Source of the DNA: Phoronis australis
Lineage: Eukaryota; Animalia; Phoronida
Length of the DNA: 64,000 bases
Direction of reading: 5' to 3'
NCBI GenBank assembly: GCA_002633005.1
Contig: NMRA01000544.1
Coordinates: 44,479-108,478 of the forward strand
Shown here: piece after piece, positions 50,201 through 61,870 of the stretch
Layout: every line of letters begins with the position of its first letter
How positions within the stretch are numbered: the stretch's first letter is position 1
The notes under the pieces: generated by a model
Databases searched by the model: none
The model's input: only the letters and a program-made list of their open reading frames with translations
Told to the model about the DNA's origin: nothing
Position numbers and translations under genes: made by a program

Positions 50201-52115
50201 AACAAAATGAACAATGTACCATTACCATGTGGCCCAGGATCATGATCCGTGCCTGGACAAAAATTCAGTCTTAGACTAGGTAAACTTTAGATTTGTGCTG
50301 TTCACACAAGCAGTTCTGGTGCAAACAAAGCTTGCGACAATACACAAGCCTACTTCCCTACACAGCTCTGCTGACACAATAATGGCCCCACTGGATTTAG
50401 CAGATCAGCCAGAGTATTTACAGGTCCAGCCACTGTACTGCTTCCTCCCTTTGAATTTTTACAATGCTACATCCTTGAAAATCGCAGGTTGCCTCTTTCA
50501 ATGCATACTGCACTTCCTCTGTCCCAGTTTCCCCACATTTGCTGAAAGTGGCCTATCTCAACAAATTACTTTGGACCTGTTGTAGTATAAGCCAGTAATC
50601 TTTGGCAAATACTTTTTCCCCAACTCGTTCCTCAAGCTACAAATTCTCTTTGACATATCTTCTGGGAGTAGACTTATCGGCCTCTCTCTAGCCCCCTCAC
50701 TTAGTTGTCCAGAAGGGTACCTTCTTTCTGGTTGTGAACTTTTCCATACCCAACCATTACTAATAATCGGCAAGTCTCCAACTTCAGCAGATGCCACTTC
50801 TTCAGCATAAGCCTTTCCTGATTCCTAAAATTGTATTAATGAAAAATTAAACATATAAAATTTAATGTGGCCATTTCGGCTCAGAAAATATGAATACCAA
50901 GCTAAAGTGAAGGCATCAATATTTTTGACGGCGTTAGCATGTTTAATTAACTTCATAATTGCATAAAATCATTGGTAGACAAAACATACTCACTAGTCTC
51001 TAAAAGTAGTTCATGGGCAGAAGTCATGTTACACATTTGGTGGTTGTTATGAAAAGTTATGACTACCTATTTTCTATGCCAATGTATACATGTAGTTGCA
51101 TAAACATCAACACGTTTGAATAAGATATGATTAAGCAATAAGGTCCAAGTTATAAGCAATCACGGTGTGTCAATAAAAGTATTTTGCATGAATGACGCGC
51201 TTCTAAAAATATTCCTCAGGGTCGGACCCTGGAGTTTAGTGATTCCTACCTGAGCTTACACGAAGCAGGACGTTGAGCCTTGACTTAACGTTTTTGGTCA
51301 TTTTTCAGACCTCTATCAGATTTCTCCTCTAGTGTGTAGTGGATGTTCTAAGTGTCTTTGGCGACGCCAATATATCTCGAGTGTTTCAGCGATGATTCGG
51401 TTAAGTGAATCTAATACGGTAGATTATGTAGCTCCTGCACACCTGCCTCCGAGGCAGACATTGAGACAGACTACTCTGGTCAGGAGGACACGTTCCACCA
51501 CCACATCAGCTCCACGTACTCTTACAAGGTGCTCAAATGTCTCGCTCTATACCTTGTGCATTTCCCTAGAGTTTCCAAAGTTGTTTCTCTCCGCAATTTG
51601 TAGAAATACCACATTCGATGCGACTGGCAGTGCCAGATAAATACATAAATTTGCAAACCCGCACTTTAGGTCAGCCATCATTCAACTAACGCATTGTAAG
51701 CTTTAGTTTGGTATTCAGACGAATTGGATGAACAAATTAAGTGTAATTTCATATTTTATTGGGAAATGCTAGTGTTCTCAAAATTAATTAAAAACATTTA
51801 AGCAAACCAATTGTTTTAATTATTGTATTATACCACGGCATATTAATGCGTAGAAACGGCGCACAACTAGTGACTGGTTTAACATGACAAATACACATAC
51901 GCGGTCTGAAAATAGTGAAATTCAGACACCTATTACCAAGGCTGCCTGAAGGGCTGACAAAGTTTTTATTGTATTAATTTCGAGGGCATGAAGTCTTCTG
52001 CATGTCCATGTTATTATTTTTAGTTTTCTCGAGGGGGGCAGCTTCGCTATAAGGGTACAGCTTACTGCTGGTTTTTCATAAGACGGAAATGTACCTCCAC
52101 GGAAACAGTTCCAAT

Positions 52116-52129
52116 GTTACCATGGTAAC
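52116..52129. promoter_or_regulatory. RFX X-box
   Basis: Perfect palindrome GTTACCATGGTAAC matching the X-box consensus GTNRCCATGGYAAC. Confidence 0.5.
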
Positions 52130-52471
52130 CGATATTGCAGTGTCGTTGCCGTTTTTACTGACATTGGTCATGAACCTATCATGTGATATCAAAATTGTTC
52201 AGAAAAGATTCTGTTTGAAGCAGAAACTGGAGTAGAAAATTTGGTCAAAAATGACTTATTCCACAACAAGAAATTGACTCATTTTGCCCCCTAGAACACT
52301 TCCCTTGTATCCCTTAAACCACCAAACTTTGTGGTGTCATACTTCACCCATTTTCTCTCTTCCCTAATGTGATTTATCAGACTAAACATGGATCCCAATG
52401 GTTGACCCCCCACCTTGTCGCTTGTTGGTTGTACAGTGGTCGGTGGATCCGTGGACTGATACTTAACTTCC

Positions 52472-53544
52472 ATGGTGATCCAAAGACTGGTATCTCTTGC
52501 TGTGGAAGTTCTAGTGGATGATGTGGAATTAGAAAATAGTGCGTCTAAACAAGAATGTAAAGGTTTTGATCTTCACACACAGAAGCGCAAAGCTAGTGTG
52601 GAAGAGGTGTATACTGAGAATCGTCGAAATGACGGGAGAGAAAGCGTAATGTCGCTCCTTCCTCAAAATGACAAGCGAGGAATTCGTCGACTCTGTACTG
52701 AGATCAATTGTAGCTGAGGAGCTTCAGAGAGCTCAAAATGAAACCGGCGACATTCCCAACGAGGCAAAGTGAGGATTGGATGACGGCGATGTTAATGAAT
52801 TTGACGACACCTTGCTGAGAGCAATTGTTGCTGAGGAAGAACAGCAAGCTGAATACAAAAGCAACGACATTCGTAACGAGCAAAATTGTGACGCAGATGA
52901 CGGTGATGTCAACGAATTTGTCGACTCTCTATTGAGAAACATAATAGCCGAGGATTTGTTTAGAGCCACCGACTTCCATACTGAGATGAAAGGCGACTTT
53001 TGTGACCCAGAAAACCTACCGGAGGACGAACGCGATATGAAGGGAGCCGTACACTTGGCGATGTCTAACGAGACGCATCATGTGCAATGCTCAGACAAAG
53101 AAGCCGAAACTTGCAGCAAAAAGCTTTGGGACAACGGAGAAAATCTTGGAGACTTGGAGCAAAAGCGCTAAACAAAACAATGTGCGGTCATCTGTAAGAG
53201 AGCACAAGAAACCAGGCGACAGACAACACCCAACTCAAATCAAGAAGCAGTTTAAAGAAGTGAGTCTTGCCGAGGGTGGCATTGTCTGGCCGGATGAAAT
53301 GGAGCAGGGAGTCGTTTGTTCACCTGGGCCTGTCCCAACACCATCCCCTAAGTCAGAGAATGTTCCTGTGGAACCATGTACAAGCACATGCAACAAAAAG
53401 ACAGATGGGATTTTTAGAAGACTCAGGCGGCGATTGAGAAAACGACGTTCACTTGTCGTATCGAGCGATAATCTACCGAGTAACAACCGTCCGTCGCGAG
53501 GACGTATTTTGCTTTGCTGCTGGGCCTGTCACAAGAATGATTGA
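52472..53544 (+). pseudogene. Intronless broken ORF of unknown function with three 39-aa acidic repeats and a basic, Cys-rich C-terminus
   Basis: Three ORF pieces are joined by two frameshifts (~52677, ~53160) and one in-frame TGA. 117-bp repeats at 52680, 52797 and 52914. AATAAA at ~53592 and ~53662. Confidence 0.5.
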
Positions 53545-54617
53545 TTGGACACAGTGGAGTGATTCCATGAAAAACTTTTTTCTTTATGTATAATAAACCA
53601 CGCAACTCTTGTTTGTGCGAGTGATCAATGCGTACCAATTTGTTATATTCGTGAATATACTAATAAAATGTGCGTGGAATCCATAGTAATTGTCACTATG
53701 AACAAAACTGATTATCCGTATTGAAATTTCTACAAATGACGGGTCATAAAACTTAGCCTGCCTGTCATTGCGGTCAAAAAATAATCCCCGGGTATCATGT
53801 TCAATCTCCGGCGGTCTTTTTTTTTTGGTGAGTCGGTCCCATTTTCTGCTGCGGCGGTCCCATTTGATCCCCGTAGGTTCTGAATTGTGGTGAGTCGGTC
53901 CGATTTGGAGGACCGGCGGTCATGTTGTTTCTCACCCATGACAGTGCACGGTCATCAAAATTGGACCTCCACAATCTGATTGACATATGCAAAATTGAAG
54001 GTTAATTCTATCATTGAGCGACCTTGCAAGAAGTGACATTCTGTAACAAGAAGCTGTGTGATTTAAAAAAACGGAGTACAGAAGTAATCAATTCCATCAG
54101 TGTGACTTCTCTCCGTGAGCAACAAGTTTTTTAATAAAAACACAAAATGGGCGACTGCGTGGATGCCCACGACGGATACCTCAATACGACAAGGTTTATT
54201 ACTTCAAAAAACAGAAACTGAACAGCTATTGGGGCTATCTGTTTGGTTATCAACCTTTAACTAATGACTTTAAATTTTGTTTCAACAAAAAAGGAAGAAA
54301 TAGACTCACGTAACGGGGGACTTGAAAAATATAGTTTTGCATCGAATTTAACTGAAAAAAAACCAACGAATTAACGTTATGTGTAAAAACTGCGCCTTAA
54401 ATACTTTATCGATTTTTTGGAATACTTGCACGAATGACTAAGTGCAAATTTAAAGTGCATTGATGCTATCTGTGCTGCAAACAATTGGCCACTCTAACAA
54501 TGATGTCCTTGCTAGTGCAATGGTAATTGACAAAAGTTTCATGAATTTTCTCTTCCGTTTGTTTCCCTGCCTTTCTTTTCGCCGCTATCCCTGGTAGTCC
54601 ACGCCTATACAAGTTAA

Positions 54618-56256
54618 AGGAGAATGCCACCCGATTTAATTAGTCCTTTTTGCCGTATTAATCGGTCTATATCCACATCGCCTTGCATACGGTTGACCTT
54701 AACTTGCCAAGAGGTGTCGCGTTAACCTGTGAGGAAAATGAGGTTCATATGTAGAGTGAATGCCGCTATGTTGCGGTGCATCGTTCCCGCTTAAGCAGCT
54801 GCGAGGAAAGCGGGTATATCGTTTTTTATTCTTCCTCGAGAGTCCGAAATGCTTAGGAAGTGGCTCACGGTAGTGAAGAATGAAATGTACTCTATAAATA
54901 GCAAGTATGAGGCCGTGGAACATCTCCGTGTCTGTGGCCTGCAGACGTAGACAGGGGATGACGAATGCTTACCAAATAACTCAATACGTTCCGTTGTCTG
55001 ATCTTGTCCACGGCGCCTCTCTAGTTTTTCTTCATCACTGTATTCCTGTTCGAATTGATAGCCTGTAAAACTTAAAGATCCACCTGCGAAGTAGGGACTG
55101 ATGAGCTCTAGCTCGTCCTAAGTCGGGATTGCCATGTTGGCGTTTATTACTGAGCCTTCTGTTTCAAAATGAATTATTCTAGCCATAACCAATACCAATA
55201 AAAAACTGAAACAAAGTATGTCTAATTAGATGCAATTGTAATGCCTTTGGAGTGTTGGTGAGTGCAAATGATTTGAGAAGCCAGCAATGAATAAATCACT
55301 GCGTTACCGGCTTTACGTGCAATGAAATTAATTGACCGGGGACACCGAGGCCGTGTGAGCTCATGCTAATTTAGTGTTTGCTGGCAGATACTGTTGTGGA
55401 AAAACTCGATTTTCATCCCACAGTCAGATTTTAGGGGAATCTTTATTTACATTTGCATTACTCAAATAATGATTGTCAATGTACAACTTCTGCCCTGACG
55501 GTGCTATGGCCAAAGCGGAACCTGAATTCGCGGCCCCCGACGAGTAAGTAGATTTGCAGTTTCGTGGCTAATTCACCAACATAATCGCGTGCACATAAGG
55601 CTACTTTGGCTCACTAGATAGTATTTTCTTGACTGGAAGTTTAGTTTCCACTGAACTTTGGCTTCTTTACGTTCATGATGTCTGATCAGTTTCCGAGCCA
55701 CGGCCGGGATAACGCCGGAGTGAATCCGGCCGGCCGCGACGGGCCTGATCGGGCTCCGAGTCACTGGCCTGGATAACAAGCGTTTTGTGTTTAGAACTAC
55801 AAAAATCACAAGTCTAAACAACACAGATGTAGGTTCTCCTGTCTGTATCTCACGGAAAATATTTCGAAATTATCTCCGAACAGACCCCAAACTCCTGCTA
55901 CGGACCTTATAGGCCTGTCGAACTTTGTAGGCTACGGTGTGTCCAAATACCAATAAATCCGTAAGAGCGAAATAAAACAACACGTTTTTATACGTACTCG
56001 GTGTATTTTTAAGGGTTATACATCGAAGTTTGATGATTTATTGGTGTTAAACAATGGCTTCAAGCGATCAGCTGACACCAGTAACCCGTGTTGTGAACTA
56101 CTGAAAACACTGCGCGTGAAACCGATGACGTCATTGGATAATTTCAACACCTCCGTCTGCAGTCACGTGTCAGGTAACGCAACTTTACGTGTCGTTATGG
56201 AGAACTACTCGATCTAAATTGATGCAGATTAGGTTGTTTTTGGGTGGCATGCTCCT
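54618..56256 (+). mobile_element. Kolobok non-autonomous/decayed element with THAP-domain remnant
   Basis: TTAA TSD on both sides, TIRs AGGAGAATGCCACCC / GGGTGGCATGCTCCT. 54760-54950 reads MPLCC../GISFFILPRESEMLRKWL..HLRVCGL, a THAP zinc-finger signature. Confidence 0.8.
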
Positions 56257-57269
56257 TTAACACGAACTAATTATGACGCCTGAAAACTTTAGGGAAGCAC
56301 AAGCCCCACCCCTGCTTCTTATGTCCCTTTGTAAATATTTACTCTGACGTGGAACATTCCCTGGTTGACATCAAATTCATCACAACCCTTCCGTCAACGC
56401 CAACACACCTATTTCGTGTTCCAGGCACAGGTCACGTGTTGCTGTCAGGTATCACATGGAGCTGTTCGTCAATTGTTAGTGAAACAACTTTGAATGGAGT
56501 TGACTGCCACAGCACCATACCACTCTAGTCCACTCGTCAGTGAATTGTTGGACGAATGAAATCAATTAGCTGATACCAACAACTAATAAAAATCCTCCAC
56601 GGGTTGTCCTCATGCTTTCTTTGAAGGGTACCTCCTTTGAATGTGACAGTCGTCACCGCCAATAGAGACGTGGTATTGTTATTCGCTGTCGGTGGTCTTC
56701 GTCCCGTGAACTAAATCGTGACGTTAGTCGGTTACATTCGAGGCACACAATCGACTGAACGCTCTTTGCGATTAGACACACTTTTGCACCCGTCTGTCAT
56801 CATCAAGGAAAGCGGCTGTCACATGAGATGCGCAGCTTAGATTCATTGTACGAAGTAAGGGCATGCAGTTGACCAATAGTCACATGACTGTATAAATGTT
56901 CTTTTTGTTTATTTTAGTTTAACGGATGGGGCGCAAAGGTGTGCATCACTCAGCCACAGACATGGGAGCTCGGCAGTCACGATTATGACGCCATGATGCG
57001 CTGGAAGTGCGCTTGCCACTATCGAAGATTTGATTGCTGACTGTTTGAATATAACTCTGCACAATCTAACCTTAACTATAACACTAACGCACTAACGAAA
57101 GCACCATAACCCCAGCCAGTAATCAAATCTTTTGAGGGTGGTTCCTTTCTTCCTCACGAACTTTACCCGAGGGATGGCATTGTGACGACCGATCCAGATG
57201 GTTAAGAACACCACAGAGGGCGGTTGCAGGAACAAGAATTCGGGCAAGTATGCAATTGCTAAGATTGTC

Positions 57270-60200
57270 TGTGTTCTGAAGTATATTGTGTGTCGTGTGT
57301 AATTCATGTAATTGACTTGCTATCATGTATAGTATGTGTTTCCTGCATTACTTGACTTATCATGTTTATTGTTTTTTTGTTTTCTAATTGACCAGTTACC
57401 ATGTTTACTAAGTGTCGTGTATATTGAGTTGTTACCATAATTATTGTGTCAATGTTATCGTGTATATTATTTGTCATATGTCGTACATATTTTGTGATTT
57501 GTTGCCTTGTATCGTCTTACGTGTACATTAAATTGCATTGTTGTGAAGTTTATCAAGTGATGTATATTAATTAATTCATGTGTGTTGTGGAGGGTGTATA
57601 CTTGTTGAATTGCTATTGTGTAACATGTTCAATAATTGATCTCTTCCTCCTAAAGATTAAGAAGACGACAGACGGCGGCCGCCAGGACATCAAACAGGTC
57701 AAGTATTCAATTATTTAAATTGTCAGTATCATCATGTATAATACTTGTCACGTATATTATTGTTCATTGTGTGTTTTAAGTATATTAATTGACCTGCTTC
57801 CATTTTTATTGTGTGTCGTGTGTATTAATTGTCAAGTTATTATGTTTGTGTCGTGCATATTATTTGATTTCTTACCATGTATTGTGTGACGTGTAAATTA
57901 ATTGCAATTTTATCAAAGGTATTATGTGGTGTATATTGCTCGATTTTGTATCATGTATGTTGTGGGTGTTGTTTATTTCGTAATTTGCTACTGTGTAATC
58001 TGTATATTAATTGACCTATTCCTCCTAAAGATTGAGAAGACGACAGACGGCGGCCGCCAGGACATCACACAGGTCAAGTATTGAATTATTTACATTGTCA
58101 GTATTATCAGGTATCTTATTTGACCTTCTATCATGTTCATTGTGTGTTTTATGTAACTGTATTAATTGACCTGCTTCCATGTTTATTATGTGTCGTGTGT
58201 TTTAATTGCCAAGTTATTACGTTCGTGTGTCTTGCATATTATTTGATTTTTTACCATGTATTGTGTGACGTGTACATTAATTGCACTTTTATCAATGTTT
58301 TTATGTGGTTTATATTACTTGACTTTGTATCATGTATGTTGTGGGTGTTGTATATTTCTTGATTTGCTATGTGTAATCTGTACATTAATTGACCTATTCC
58401 TCCTTAAGATCAAGAAGAAGACAGGCGGCGGCCGCCAGGACATCACACATGTCAAGTATTCAATTATTTAAATTGTCAGTGTTATATGTGTGTAATATTT
58501 GTCGTGTATTTTAATTGACTTTTTATCATGTTCATTGTGTGTTTTATGTATATTAATTGACCTGCTTCCATGTTTATTATGTGTCGTGTGTATTATTTGT
58601 CAAGTTACTGTGTTTGTGTGTCGTGCTTATTATTTGATTTCTTACCATGTATTGTGTGACGTGTACATTAATTGCACTTTTATCAATGTTATTATGTGGT
58701 GTATATTACTTGACTTTGTATCATGTATGTTGTGGGTGTTGTATATTTCTTGATTTGCTATGTGTAATCTGTACACTAATTGACCTATTCCTCCTAAAGA
58801 TTGAGAAGACGACAGACGGCGGCCGCCAGGACATCACACAGGTCAAGTATTCAATTATCTAAATTCTCAGTAGTATAATGTATATCACATGTCTTGTATA
58901 TTAATTGGCTTTATATCATGTTCATTGTGTGTTTTGTGTATATTAATTGACCTGCTTTCATGTTTATTGTGTCGTGTGTATTAATTGTCAAGTTATTATG
59001 TTTTTTGTCGTGCATATTGTTTGATTTCCTACCATGTATTGTTTGCCGTGAACATTAATTGCAATTTTATCAAGGGTATTATGTGGTGTATATTATTTGA
59101 CTATGTATCATGTATTTTGTGGGTGTTGTATATTTGTCTAATTGCTACTGTGTATTCTGTACATTAATTGACACATTCCTCCTTAAGATTACGAAGAAGA
59201 CAGACGGCGGCCGCCAGGACATCACAGGTCAAGTATTCAATTTCTTAAATTGTCCGTGATATTATGTATATTATTTGTCGTGTATTTTAATTGGCTTTTT
59301 ATCATGTTCATTTTGTGTTATGTATACTAAATGACCTGTTATCATATTTGTTGTTTGTCGTTTACATAAATGGACCTTTTATCATGTTTATTGTGTGCCG
59401 TTTATATTAATGGAACTGTTGTCATGTTTATTGTGTCTTTTATATGATTTGTTTTGTTATTATGTATTGTGTGTAGTGTACATTGATTGAATTGTTATCG
59501 TGTGTATACATTGATGTATATTAATTGACTTCTGGTCATGTATGTTGTGGTTGGTGTATGTTTGTTGAATTGCTACTGTGTATCATGTGCATTGATTGAT
59601 CTACTTAAATTCTCAGTGTTATCATGTATTTTACAAGTCGTGTTTATAAATTGACATTTTATCATGTTCGTTGTGTGTTTTGTGTATATTATTTGACCTG
59701 TTTCATGTTTATTGTGTGTCGTGGGTATTAATTGTCAAGTTCTTATGTTTGTGTGTCGTGCATATTATTGATTTCTTAAGATTATTGTGTGACGTGTTCA
59801 TTAGTTGCAATTTAACAAGGGTATCATTTGGCGTATATTAGTTGAATTTGTATCATGCGTGTTGTTGGTGTTATAGGGTTGTTGAATTGCTACAGTGTAA
59901 TTTGTACATTAATCGACCTATTCGCTCTAAAGACGGACGACAGACGGCGGCCGCCAGGACAGCACACAGTTCAATATTCAATTACTTAAACTTTTTGTGT
60001 TATCATGTACGTAATTTGTCGTGTATATTNCTATTCCTCCTAAAGACGGACGACAGACGGCGGCCGCCAGGACATCACACAGGTCAATATTCAATTACTT
60101 AAACTTTTTGTGTTATCATGTACGTAATTTGTCGTGTATATTAATTGACTTTTTATCATGTTTATTGTGTTTGTTGTGAATATTAATTGACCTGCTTTCA

Positions 60201-60780
60201 TGTTTATTGTGTGTCATGTGTATTAATTTTCAATTTATTATGTTTGTGTGTCGTGTATATTATTTGATTTCTTACCATGTATTGTTTATCGTATACACTA
60301 TTTGAATTTTTTCAATGGTATTATTTAGTGTATATTACTTGACCTTGTATCATGTATGTTGTGGGTGTTGTATATTTGTTGACTTGCTTGTATTTTTCAT
60401 GAATATTATCTGACCTGTTCCTCCTTAAGAATAAGTAGGCGACAGTCGGCGGCCGCCACCACATCAAACAGGTCAAGTATTCAATTGCTTAAATCGTCAG
60501 TTTTATCTTTTATATTATTTGTCGTGTATACAATTTGACTTTTTGTCACGTTTATTTTGTGCCTTGTCTATTAATTGACTTATTATAATGTATACCGTGT
60601 GACGTGTATTATTGTATACTAATTGAAGTTCAGGAGGACNCTTTTTGTCACGTTTATTTTGTGCCTTGTCTATTAATTGACTTATTATAATGTATACCGT
60701 GTGGCGTGTATTATTGTATACTAATTGAAGTTGAGGAGGACAACAGACTGAGGCCACCCCGACATGAAATAGGCCAAGAT
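57270..60780. repeat. ~375-390-bp higher-order tandem repeat built of ~35-40-bp TG-rich subunits plus one GC-rich cassette
   Basis: GCGGCCGC-containing cassette at 57675, 58050, 58428, 58819, 59207, 59947, 60060 and 60449; subunit ATCATGT..TTGTGTGTCGTGTATATTAATTGAC. Confidence 0.9.
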
Positions 60781-61802
60781 ATAAGGTAAACATTTTCCCG
60801 CATCGAGAATGTTAAAATATCAAGAAATGCAGAGAATGTAATTCATGGGTTTTTTTATTACTTGCACCGAATGGCGTGATTTGTGTTTTGTCGACTTTGT
60901 AATTCTCGCTGCAGGTTTGAGGCCACCATAATACCCACGAACAGACAAGATTTCGGGGAGAGTATAACTTTTGTCTTGCGCACGTGTTTTGTCACCTCAG
61001 AAACACGTTGCTTTTGTTACCATAATCACGTACTACAGCGTTTATTGAAGTTTTATGCTTTTATGATCGATTAAGATATTTTACTTTCCATGGAACGTAT
61101 TCTCAGCCTGTATTTTTTATTGTAATAAAAACGAATGACAATTTTGGTTTTGGCATGTTCAGCTTCCATTTCACTACACTGAAAAAACACATTATATTGC
61201 GTCAGGTTTAACGGCATTTATTCTCCCGAAAGCTTTCAAAAATGTAACTTTTGTCTTTGGAAACATTACGTTAATACGTTTGCAGACAAAATTGTCTTTA
61301 CATTTCTACAAACCTACTATTTGAGTTTTTTATCGTGAGCTTTTCGCTGTACGTAGTTGTAATAAACGGAGGTGGGTGATTGTTAAGTTACTTAAGGTTG
61401 CTGAACTCTTGTTTCCTTTGCAAATAAAAAATACTACCCAACAAGGGTATAATTCCTTTCTCTAACAATAATTAAGGAAAAACATATTAAGTTTTTCNGT
61501 GAGTTTTTTATAGTGACCTTTTCGCTGTACGTGGTTGTAATAAACGGAGGTGGGTGATTGTTAATTTACTTAAGGCTGCTGAACTCTTGTTTCTTTTGAA
61601 AATAAAAAATACTACCCAACAAGGGTATAATTCCTTTCTCTAACAACAATTAAGGAAAAACATATTAAGTTTTTCCAACACCACACACTAAACGACAAGG
61701 ACCCAGCAACTTTAAATCCAAATTTTGATACTCATGTTTGAGCACATTGGCTCTCTACCAAAACAGCTGTTGAAATGCAAACTAACTATTGAACAATCAC
61801 CC

Positions 61803-61870
61803 GGGGTCATGATGCAAGGCAGCAGGCATGTCTTTGACATGAAGTCTGGGTTCAAGTCCCAGTGACCCCA
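61803..61870 (+). pseudogene. tRNA-like sequence (Gln-TTG-like pseudogene or SINE head)
   Basis: Acceptor stem GGGGTCA/TGACCCC and T arm CTGGG-TTCAAGT-CCCAG are intact. The D arm is degenerate and the anticodon loop is shortened (CATGT-CTTTG-ACATG). Confidence 0.45.

Noticed and set aside
53760-53946. Short region with CTGTCAT..ATGACAG ends and GGTCC subrepeats
   Set aside because: Probably a MITE remnant, but the TIR is too short and no TSD is evident.
57270-60780. Regularly spaced conserved cassette resembling a CRISPR array
   Set aside because: The intervening ~340-bp segments are homologous to one another rather than unique, no cas genes are present, and the context is eukaryotic.
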